From: Piromyces finnis finn
Taxonomy: Eukaryota > Fungi > Neocallimastigomycota
Length of the DNA: 64,000 nucleotides
Direction of reading: 5' to 3'
Assembly: GCA_002104945.1 (NCBI GenBank)
Contig: MCFH01000006.1
Span: 1,250,211-1,314,210 of the forward strand
Part shown: one piece after another, positions 30,467 to 54,381 of the stretch
How positions within the stretch are numbered: the stretch's first letter is position 1
How the letters are laid out: every line of letters begins with the position of its first letter
Notes under the pieces: generated by a model
Told to the model about the DNA's origin: nothing
Database searches by the model: none
The model's input: the letters and a program-made list of their open reading frames with translations, nothing else
Translations under genes and position numbers: made by a program

Positions 30467-30485
30467 GAGATGAGTGAAAAAATAT
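30467..30485 (+). promoter_or_regulatory. PAC-like (GAGATGAG) plus adjacent RRPE-like (TGAAAAAATAT) element ~300 bp upstream of HGH1
   Basis: GAGATGAG at 30467-30474 directly abuts TGAAAAAATAT. Both resemble the yeast ribosome-biogenesis promoter motifs. Function is untested. Confidence 0.4.
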
Positions 30486-31010
30486 AGAAATAATTTATTA
30501 TGTCTGTTATTTATAACTACATTAAATTATAGTTTCTATTCTCATTATTATTTATCTATCAAATTTATTTTTAATAAATTATCAATAATAAAAAATAAAA
30601 ACAATTAGATTTATCTTTTAAAACTAAATTTATTATAAAATAAATTTTAAAAGATTATAAAAATTAATTTAATAGTATATCATTAATACACCACTATTAA
30701 AACCCTCTTCCTATATTTACTTAAATTTATTTTTATCATGTTGATGAATATAATTGAATAAACAAATCAGAATCTAATAATATTGAGTTGTCTCGAATAT
30801 GATTGGTTATTATTAATTAACACTATATAAAAGTAAATTCTATCTGAAATTTTTATTCATCATTCGTTTTCTAAAAGTTAAGTATATATACCTATAAGAT
30901 TTAACTTTTTAGAAAATAAATAAATTAATAATTAAATGCATAATTTTTTATTAATAAAAATTAATGTTATAAATTATTAATTAAAAGATAAATATTAAAT
31001 AAATTAATAT

Positions 31011-31120
31011 TTATGGATTAATATGACGAAAACCTTTATTTTTTTATTTCTGACACCTCTAGTGAAAAGGTGGTTTTACGACCATCTAATGCACGCAACT
31101 TTGTTCTGATTAATCCATAA
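31011..31120 (+). ncRNA. Candidate box C/D snoRNA
   Basis: Perfect 11-bp terminal stem (TTATGGATTAA 31011-31021 / TTAATCCATAA 31110-31120). C-like box ATGACGA at 31023-31029 with correct k-turn spacing. D' CTGA at 31050-31053, followed by a 5-bp hairpin (CACCT/AGGTG). D box CTGA at 31106-31109 abutting the stem. The element is GC-rich relative to its flanks. Confidence 0.62.
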
Positions 31121-31300
31121 TAAATAAATTAAAATGAATTTAAAAATTAAATATTACATAAATATTTTGAATTTAATGTGTTTTTTTTTTTTTTTGTATT
31201 AATAATTAAGGATTAAGAAATTTATATAGGAATTATGTTTAAGTATTTATATTATATTATTATTATTTTTTTTTTTTAATATCTTATTTTTTAAATTGGC

Positions 31301-31840
31301 ATGATTATAAAAGGTGATTTAAAATTTAAAAAATTGAAAAAAATTAAAATTGAAAAGGATCAAAATGAAGTAATAAAATACAAATATGAAGCTTATTATT
31401 TTGGTTTGAAAATTGTAGAAACAAAATATTATTTAAAAAAGAAAATAGCATTAAAAACTATAAAAAAGATTTCCAAAGATTATTTACGTATGCTAAAACA
31501 AGAATTCAAAAATAGCAATGAAGATGAAGAAGGGGAAATTGATAGTAATAAACTTTATAACAATAAAGCCGATGAAGAAAATCAGATTTCTTTTCTTCCG
31601 GAGCAATTAGAAATTAATAATCAATTAATGCATAGTCGAACTTATGTAGTTTATCTCAATCAATTTTTCCAAAAATTTAAAATAGATTATGAGTATTCTT
31701 TCGAAAATTATAAAAATCTTTATTTATGTAAACTACGAATTGATAATAAATATTTTGTAACGGATCGTCCTTTCATAAGAAAGGTTGATGCAAAAGAAGA
31801 AGTATCAAAAATAGCATGTGATTATCTGAAAATTATTTAA
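31301..31840 (+). CDS. Small intronless protein with C-terminal dsRNA-binding-motif-like domain
   Basis: 179-aa ORF. YVVYLNQFFQKFKIDYEY..YLCKLRID..FVT..F.RKVDAKEEVSKIACDYL follows the dsRBD alpha-beta-beta-beta-alpha pattern (LNxxxQK, KxxAxExAAxxA). Confidence 0.6.
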   Translation: MIIKGDLKFKKLKKIKIEKDQNEVIKYKYEAYYFGLKIVETKYYLKKKIALKTIKKISKDYLRMLKQEFKNSNEDEEGEIDSNKLYNNKADEENQISFLPEQLEINNQLMHSRTYVVYLNQFFQKFKIDYEYSFENYKNLYLCKLRIDNKYFVTDRPFIRKVDAKEEVSKIACDYLKII

Positions 31841-32371
31841 ATGTATTTAAAGATGAAATTTATATTTATAAAGAAAAAAAACTAATTCAATTAAAGTTAA
31901 TCATATAATTATACCAAATATTAATTATTTTTATAATTAATAATATATCCTCCTATCAATTAGAATAATGTATTTTTTGTATGCTTTAAAGCCTTTATTT
32001 TTTATTAATATTTAATAAATAATCATTTCCTATTTCCAAAGATTAATATAGCAAAAATAGAATTTGTTATTTAAATTTTGTGTATTATTAACACTAAAAA
32101 ATCAACACCAACATATAATTAAAATAAATATAAAATAGTAATATTTTTTAATATTAGATTAATCTATTTATATAATTAATAATTGTTTTTATTATTTATT
32201 CTATAATTTTATTATAATAAATATATATATATAAATATATTCTTTCAATTGAAATAATAAATAAAATGAAATTTAATATATAAAACTTATTTTTTAATCT
32301 ATAATATTTGTAATAATTTCCTTGAGATGTAAACTTTATGATGCTATATTGTTTATTTAATTATTGATAGC

Positions 32372-37379
<5,008 letters not shown>

Positions 37380-38820
37380 TTTGTATAATTATATTTCAAA
37401 AGGTAGTGCAAATTTTTTAAAAAAAAAAAATATTTATATATATTAAAAATTTTTAAAAAAAAAATATTTATATTATATATTTGTGAATGTAAAATTTTAA
37501 ATATATTAAATATATCGATAATATATTAATAATATATTTTATTTAAATAAAAAGGAACAAAGAATAAATTATAAGTTATTTTAAAATAAATTATTCTTAA
37601 AGAATTTTTAATTAGCTTCGATTAAAATTATAATTACAAATAAAAAAAAATATTATATATCAATATTAATATTTTATAATTATAATAATAATTATTATTA
37701 TTATTTCAATTATTAATGCTTATTTATAATTTGTATGATAAATACTGAAATAAAGCATTAAAAATGCAAAGTAATTTAATATATCATTAAGAAAATAATT
37801 TTTCTGATTACCATAAATATTTAGAATTTATATAACCTAATCATTTAGACTATTTTCTATCAAAACTTTTAAAATATTACTGCTTTTTTAGTGTGTAAAT
37901 GGCCTCCTTCCTATTATAAACTTGACATTCTTAGTTACATAAATAAATAAATTTATTTATACAACGGAAAAGTAATCTAACCAATCATTAGATTTATCAT
38001 TTCGGATAATATATAATAATTGTATTAAAATTTAATTGTTTATATATATAGATTCTTAAAAATGTAAATACAATTAACTGTATTTGTACTACTTTAAATA
38101 AAAAATGGAACTTAGATCAATATGTATAAATAAATATAAATAAATAGCCTTTGAATAAATAAATATTAATATTAAAGTTCGATATTAATTAACATTATAT
38201 TTAATATGAGGTTCATTTATTTTTTAAGTATTTAAAATAACAATATTATAGTTTTGTAATTTTGTTATTTAATTGTCTTATCAAAAGTTTTTTTTAAATA
38301 CTATATTCAAATACTTTTAATACAATATTATTAAAAATATTATTATTTTTTTAATTGTTTATTCTCAATTATTATTTTAAAATAAGAAAAAGGTAATTAA
38401 TAAATTTTTTTTAATAATATTGATAAAATTTAAATTTTTATGAATATTTAATACTAAATAAAATTTTCATACGTAATTATATTTTATTAGAAATTGATAT
38501 ACATATTGTATTAAGAATGTAAATGTATTTTACATCTGAAAATCAAAATAATTAAAATTTTCATAGAAATAATAATATTAAATAAATAATAAATTATTAA
38601 AAATTTATATTTGCTTGGATAGTTTATAATTTATTATTTTTTTTTATTTAAAATATTTTATTTATATCTATTTTTATTTTATTTGTTAAAGAAAAAGAAA
38701 TTCTTTACTTTAAAACATATAGATATAATATATATTATATAAGGACTAACAAATATAAATATTAAAAAGCAATAATATTGAACTAAATAATTAATAATAA
38801 ATTTATTATAAAAATTAAAG

Positions 38821-40295
38821 ATGGTAAATAAACCTTTTTATTTATTTAGATAACGGTTTATAATTATATTCATCACCAAAACAAATTTCTAATTCTTTTT
38901 TCTTTTTTATCTTAATCCTCTCTCCTTTCTATTACAATAACATTTACTCTATAATTTATAATTACTATCATGATATTTTTATACTGCATAATATTAAAAT
39001 ATTTATTTTTTAATTCAATTTTCACTTAAACAAAATTTTATTTTAATGGATAAAAATCAACAAAAATAAACATTAACATCTATTATATTCAAATTATTTG
39101 TGTACTTTGTTTATCTTCTAATTATAATTCAGGTCGTTATATCTGCATCAGTTTGTACTAAAACTGGAAAGGGTAAACTATCTATTAAAAAAAAAAAAAA
39201 AAAAATAAAAGATAATTATAAATAATTTCAAAATATATTTGTAATAAAAGATGAATTATTTATATCAAAAGTCAATGGTAGTATATTAATTAATAATAAT
39301 AAAAAAATAAAAAAATAAATATTAATTAATTTTAAAATATTTAAAATTAATATAGTAATTTAATTTAAATAAAAACGTTAACTAAAAATTTAATTTAAAT
39401 AAATTTAATTTAAAAAAATATTACAGTATCAATTAATATAATATAATTTGCAATAAAACAAAAATTTTTATCATTGCCTTTAGATAAATATATATAGGAA
39501 TTTTTGATATTAATTTTATTATAAAAAAATATAATTAAATCAATTCTCGTATTTTATTTATTTATTTATTTCTAAATATAATTTAATAATTTAAATTATA
39601 ATATTAACATATAAAAATGTGAATTTTAAATATTTATAAAAATAATGTTTATCAGCAATTCTTTCACGTCAATTCATGGATATGTCTCGTTCAAGAATTG
39701 AAGGTCTTTTAGCTTCTTTTCCAAAATTAATTGATAACAATGAGCAACATACTTTTGTTGAAACTGATTCAGTTCGTTATGTTTATCAACCACTTGAAGA
39801 ACTTTTTATGGTATTAATTACAAACAAAAATTCCAATATTCTTCAAGATATTGAAACTTTAAATCTCTTTGTTAGAGCTATATCTGATTACTGTCATAAT
39901 ATTAACACTCATGAAATAGAAGAAATGGCATTTGAACTTTCAAGTGTTTTTGATGAAATTGTTAATCTTGGTTATAGAGAATATGTCAGCATCCAACAAC
40001 TTAGAACTATTTCTGAAATGGAAAGTCATGAAGAAAAATTAGCAGCTGAAATTGAAAAGGTATTTACAAAAAAAAAAAAAAAAAAAAAGAAAGAAAGAAA
40101 GAAAGAAAATAAAAATATGATTTATTACAAATATTTTTTATTAATAATCAAAAAACAAGAAACATTATTAACTTGTCTATTATAATATTTTATAAACTTA
40201 TATATTATGAAATATCAAAAATAACAAAAATGAATTATTAAATGAACAAATACATAAATTAAACAAAACAATATAATTTTAATATATGCAATCAA

Positions 40296-40329
<34 letters not shown>

Positions 40330-42420
40330 AATAAGGAAAAGGAAGCAAAGGAATTACTTAATAGAAAGGCTAAATCATTAGAAATGCAAAGAAAGGAAAT
40401 GCAAAAGAAAATGGCTTCAGGTGGTATGGGTATGGGATATGGCAGTGGTGGCTTCGGTAATAATGGTGGTTACGGTAATAGCAGCGGATATGGTAACAAT
40501 AATAATTATGGCAATAATGGCGGTTTCGGTAATAATGGTGGTTATGGAAACAATGATGGATATAATAATAACAATGGTTACGGTAATAATGGTAATTACG
40601 GAAATAATGGAGGATACGGTGGATTTGGCAACAATTCTGGTTATAATAACAATATGAATCAAAATAACTATAATTCAAATAATAAGTATGTAATAATTAT
40701 ATATTGTTTTGACAGTGTTTAACAATATTATAATTTATTAATATTAAAAATACAATATATATCATACAATAAAAAAAATTACTTTATAAAATATATAATA
40801 ATATTAAATTAATGAATTATTAATATATAATTTTTTCTATTTAAAATATGAAGCAATCAACAACAAAACCAACCATTCCGTGGTAAAGGTATGCAATTAG
40901 GTCATAAGAATAATAATAATGTTAACGATTTAGTTTCTCAAATGCAAGAAGAAGTTAGTAACCAAGCTATAGCAGAACAAATGGCTAGTGCTTCTAATGA
41001 ACCATCTACTCCAACCGAACCGTAAATATATCAGTTATTTTTATAATACATAAATAATTTTTAAAAGAAATGTTTATTTGTTAAACTTTAATATAAAATA
41101 TTAACTTCTTAAAAAAAATAAATTATTAATATATTTATTTTATGTATTTTAAAACACTATAGTGTCCATGCTATTATATCAGAAAAGATTAGCTTAGCAG
41201 CTACTCATGATGGTGGCTTAGAAAACTTAGAAATTAAGGGTGATATGATATTGAGAATTTCTGATCCAAACAGCACTCGTTTAAGAATTCAATTAAATAA
41301 TTCATTCAATAGAAACTTCCAATTTAAGGTAATCAGAAAAGCAACAAAGATATATATATTAAACAATAATATAAATATTTATAAATTTATTAACAATCCA
41401 CTATTGTTACTATTTATTTAATTTCAAACCTTCAAAATGATTCAATATTCTTAAATATTATATAAAAATATTTATTAAATAAATTTAGACTCACCCACAA
41501 GTTGATAAGAAATTATTCAACTCCGATAGTGTTATCGCTTTAAAGGATCCATCAAAGCCATTCCCAATTGGTAGTCCATTAGGTATATTAAAATGGAGAT
41601 TTGCTACTAGAGATGAAAGCTTTATTCCACTTTCAAGTAAATATTGATTATTTTTGTTTATTTGATTATTTACTTTTATAATGAAAATAGTAATATTTTA
41701 ATATTTTATATTTTAAAATGTAACATTAAAAACGTATTAAATTATATTCTCTTTTTAATTATACATTTAAATAATAAGTTAATTGCTGGCCATCTCTTGC
41801 TGCTAATGGTACTTGTGATGTTAACATTGAATATGAACTTGAAGTTCCAAACATCACTCTTAATAATGTTTCTATTATTATTCCATATCCGTAAGTTTTA
41901 TTATTTAAAACATTTATAGATTTTGATTTATTTAGTATTATTTTGATATAAATTCCTAATTTTAATGTTAACATAATATATAAACATAAAATAATATGAA
42001 TATGAATAGTGGTATGGGTAACCCAACTGTTGGTGAAGTTGATGGTTCATACAACATTAATCACCAAAACCGTTACATTGAATGGCAAATTCCAATTATT
42101 GATGCTGATAACCGTTCAGGCAGTATGGAATTCAATGTTCCAGGTAATGACACTAATGCTTTCTTCCCAGTTCGTGTTAACTTTACATCACAACAATCCT
42201 TCTCTAACATAAATGTAAGTTATTATTTAATTCTAATTCAAATTAGTTTATAATAAAGTGAAATTAAATTGTAATATATAATTTACCATATTAAAATATT
42301 ATTTAAAATTTTTATGCATAATTTATTTAGATTGCTGATATTCAACTCGTAGAAGATGGTACTTCAGTAAGCTACTCTAATGAAACTAGATTAATGCCAG
42401 AAAATTACATAATAATGTAA
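38821..42420 (+). CDS. RET2: Coatomer subunit delta (multi-exon; first exon probably ATG only)
   Basis: [59 protein letters not shown] (longin domain). The mu-homology domain includes FKTHPQVDKKLF..PFPIGSPLGILKWR and GSMEFNVPG..FFPVRVNF. TAA at 42418-42420. Confidence 0.95.
40420..40680 (+). repeat. Coding Gly/Asn/Tyr-rich ~6-aa tandem repeat (GNNGGY-like) in the delta-COP linker
   Basis: Translation GYGSGGFGNNGGYGNSSGYGNNNNYGNNGGFGNNGGYGNNDGY..., with ~18-bp periodicity. Confidence 0.85.
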
Positions 42421-43692
42421 TTAAATTAAAAACCCAACACTTATTATAGAAAGTAGAGATATTAATTATATAAAAATAAATTGATTACAAAAATAATTAT
42501 ATAATATATTTCAACGATAAACCATTACAATAAAATTGAATGAAGAAAGAAAAAAAAAAAGGATAATATAAATTTTAATTTCCAATTAGCAACAGAATAA
42601 TAAATATAATAAAACATTAAAACATTAATAAAAAAAAAAAAAAAGAAAAAATAAAAAAAAAAAATAAAAAAAAAAATTTTAAAAATTCATAATAAATAAA
42701 TAAAAATAAAAATAAAACTACATATATATAACAACAAAATATAATAATAAATAAAAATAAATATATAAATAAATATAAATAAAAATTAAAACAAAAAAAA
42801 AAAAAAAAAAAAAAATCATATCATAATATGAATTTAAATTTCGAAATATCATTCATTATAGTATACTAGGAATATATTATCCATCAAATGATTTATACTT
42901 TACATATTACTTTAATATATTCTTAGTACTATAATTTTTATCAAAATTTGTATGTGTATATATAAAAATAAATTTAATGAATAGTTAATAAACCCTTTAT
43001 TATTACCAATAAAAATAAAACCCTTTTTCTTTTTTGTATTTTATTGTATTGTTATAATTTATTTATTTATTTATTTATTACTATTAGTAGTAGTAGTATA
43101 GAGAGAGAAAGAGAAGATAGAGAAAATATATAATATATATAATAATATAAAAAATATATAAAACTATTGAACAATTAACATTAATCATTTTTTAATATAT
43201 AAAATAATTTTAATTTTTCTTAAAAATAATGACTACTTTATTATTAAAAAATATTTTTATCCATACTATAACAAAAAATTCCCAATTCAAAAATTAAAAC
43301 ATAATGAAAAAAAAAAAAAGGTTTTAAATAAGTATTGGTTTTTTAAATTATAAAAAACTTTTATTTATAATTTCATTTATATTTATGTAGATGATATATT
43401 TTTATAAATATGTCGATATATTTATCAACTTTTTTATATACATAATTTATCGATTATAATAATACTAATAGTATTATTATTTTTATAAGAGTTAATAATT
43501 AAACAAACTTAATATAAATTGAAATATTGATAAATGATACAAAAAATATTTTTTTTTTATTATAATTTTTTTTTCAATTCTATTATAATATCATTGACAC
43601 TTATAATATATGAGATATCAGATTTGTTTAAATTAATTAGTAAAAATATATTTTACTTTATGAATAGAAGGAATAAATTAGTAGTAACCAAC

Positions 43693-46018
<2,326 letters not shown>

Positions 46019-46455
46019 TTTAATAAATTTATATTAAAAATAAATTTTAAATCTGGAAGAAAAAGAAATTTTTTTATTATATATTATTAAATTATTAATA
46101 CATTATTAATATTCGGGTCTAATATCCAATCAATAATGTATCATAAAAATAAAATGTATATATATATTGTACAAAGAAAACATTTTCAAATTTTCAATTA
46201 TAAAGTTATAAGAATAATATTTATAAATAGAAGCTTTTAATCTTAAAAAAAATTAATAATAATTTTTCCAAAAAAAATATTTTTATTACATTATTACATT
46301 TTTAAAACCATTTTATGTATACAATTATATTAATATATTAAATATTACCCTTTCAAAAAAATGTAACCAAATATAAAAATTCTCTTAATATATATAATAA
46401 ACTATTAAAAGAAATTCAAACAAAAAAATAAAAATTCCATTTAATATTAATTATT

Positions 46456-46915
46456 ATGGTAAATATACTCTAAAAAAAAAAAAAAGTATGATTAAATAAT
46501 ATCATATACGGGAATATTTAATTAATTATAATTTATTTTTTTAAATATAATCTTAAAAGGAGACAAAAACAGGTGGTTATATATTCTTAATTTGTTCAGT
46601 TGCATTCTTTATATATTATACATTATGGGTTATTGTATTGGTATATAATTCTTATTTAATACTTTATAAAATGCAATAATTTTTATAAAAATAATGATGA
46701 TAATGATGAAATTATATATAATAATCTTCAATGTTTTTAATATTTTTAATAAATAATAATAGCCTTTCGTAGATTCAGGAAATAAAATGTATTCATTTTT
46801 TCCAAGTTGGGAAATAGCATTTGGTGTTCCTGTTGTATGTATAATTATAGGAGCTTCTATTGTTTTTGTTTTTATAAGCTTAGTAATGATAACATCAGAT
46901 GTTAAGGAAAACTGA
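46456..46915 (+). CDS. DPM2: Dolichol-phosphate-mannose synthase regulatory subunit DPM2 (3 exons: ATG 46456-46458, ~46560-46640, ~46763-46915); absent from ORF track
   Basis: Spliced product METKTGGYIFLICSVAFFIYYTLWVIVLPFVDSGNKMYSFFPSWEIAFGVPVVCIIIGASIVFVFISLVMITSDVKEN*. It has two TM helices and the DPM2 signature FxYYTxWVIxLPFxD. Confidence 0.88.
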
Positions 46916-47121
46916 TGATATTAATTTAAAAACATTTAATATTTTATATAATATTAAAAATATATTATACCCAATATTTCTTTTCATTCACTTATTAAAA
47001 ATTGAATTTATTAATTTCTATTTTTTGAAAAAATGAATGAATATGTTAAAATATTAATTATAATACCACCTCAACATTATTATAAATTAATAATAACAAC
47101 AAAATAACAATAAAATAATAA

Positions 47122-47154
<33 letters not shown>

Positions 47155-47216
47155 AATAAATATAAATAATAGATTAAAAGCGTTCTTTTCAAATATATAT
47201 TATATGCAATTTAATG

Positions 47217-47253
<37 letters not shown>

Positions 47254-47853
47254 ATATAGACGTAAATAAAAAATAGATACAAATATGCTAATAAAAAGAA
47301 AAAAATAAAAATATATAGAAAAAAAAAAATTGGAATATATATTGCTTATTAATTACTTTTATACAAAACTTAGACTTTAATTGATATAATAATTATGTAT
47401 AAGAGAATCGATTATATATATTAATGTTATAGTGTTTTTTTTTTTTTTTTTAATTTAAGTAATTAATACTTTTTTAGTTAAATAAAATATATATATATTT
47501 TTTAATTGTTTTAATTGTAATATGTTTCAATATTTTATCTTTATTTTTCAATTGAATTAAATATCAATTCATTAATTTTTATTATATATTTACTTTTCAA
47601 TTTCAGAAGTATAGTTAATAATTAAGTTAATAATGAAAATACAAATTAAAATTATATGATAGAGTTTAAATAGACTTTAACAAAAAAAAATAAAAAAAAT
47701 ATCTTTAATATAAAATAACAATAAAAAAGTATTAAAATTATTTAATAGAAAATAAAATATAAACTTTTTTATTAAAAGAAAAGTGTTATATTTTATTTTT
47801 TGCTAATTTTTAATAGACATATTGACTTTAATAATAATAAAAAAAAAGTTTCA

Positions 47854-53184
<5,331 letters not shown>

Positions 53185-53983
53185 AATTTTTTGTTTTATT
53201 ATTATATGTGTATGTGTAATGCGTATAAATAATAGATAAAATTAAAAAATAAAAAAAACATAAAAAAAATATAAAGAAAAAATGTGAAATATGATACTTT
53301 TTTTATATATATATAAGATTTTTAAATTATGCTAAATAACAATTTTATTTTATTTTCCATTAATAAAATGCTTAACAAATAAAAAATATTAAATCCTATT
53401 AAAAAAACATAATTATTAAAGTTTCTAAGCAATGATTATATATAAAAATAATAATAATAATAAATTTACACCTGTTTTTTATTAAATATTTATTTTTTAT
53501 TTCTCTATTTATTTTGCTTTGTTTTTTAAAGTACTTTTATTTTTCATTTTTAGATACTTATATAAATATTTTAAATAAATTATTATTAAATATTTTGACA
53601 GTAAATTATATATATATAATTTACTATGTTTTTTTAACATAAATTTAATTTTATTAAAAATGAATTTTACTAATAAATAAATGATTTTCCAATAAATTAT
53701 TAATAAAATAAAAAAAGGAATTTTAAAAAAAAATTTCTTTAACCATTTTAATTATTACTGTTATTATTTAATAAACTATACTTATTAATATTATAAAAAT
53801 AAATAAATAAATAAAACGAAAAAGAAAGAGTATAAGAGTGAGAAAAACTTATTCTAAAATAAAATATTTTTTAAAATCAATTGTATATTAAATTAATTAT
53901 CTTTTTTTAAAAAAAAAAATTCTATTTTATTAATAATATTTCAAACCAGTAAACGATTTTTTATTACTTTAATTTTTTGTTTT

Positions 53984-54090
53984 TGTTTGTTTGTTTGTTT
54001 GTTTGTTTTTTGTTTTTTGTTTTTTGTTTTTTGTTTTTTGTTTTTTGTTTTTTGTTTTTTGTTTTTTTTTGTTTTTTTTTGTTTTTTTTG
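53984..54090 (+). repeat. Compound (TTTG)n-(TTTTTTG)n-(T8G)n repeat
   Basis: Seen directly; the unit length increases along the array. Confidence 0.88.
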
Positions 54091-54165
54091 TTATTAGTTA
54101 TTAATTATTTTTATAGTTTTTATATATCCAAATAATGATATTATTTTTATTATTTTTTTCATTCT

Positions 54166-54263
54166 TTTTTTTTATTTTATTATTACTATTACTATTACCA
54201 TTATTATTATTGTTATTGTTGTTATTATTATTGTTATTGTTATTATGTTTATGTTTATTATGC

Positions 54264-54351
<88 letters not shown>
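54166..54351 (+). repeat. Degenerate (TTA/TTG)n microsatellite just downstream of the VIP1 stop
   Basis: Seen directly. Confidence 0.88.
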
Positions 54352-54352
<1 letters not shown>

Positions 54353-54381
54353 TCATCTATTAGTTAATGATTAAAAAAAAA

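Noticed and set aside
31074-31110. Superficial likeness of TTTTACGACCAT..GCACGC..GTTCTGAT to the 5' third of 5S rRNA
   Set aside because: Spacing is wrong and the remaining ~75 nt of 5S are absent; C/D architecture explains the region better.
40370-40678. His/Tyr/Cys-rich and Ile/Thr-rich overlapping ORFs, and a possible CRISPR-like array
   Set aside because: These are alternative frames of the delta-COP GNNGGY repeat. The units are degenerate coding repeats without unique spacers, in a eukaryotic context.
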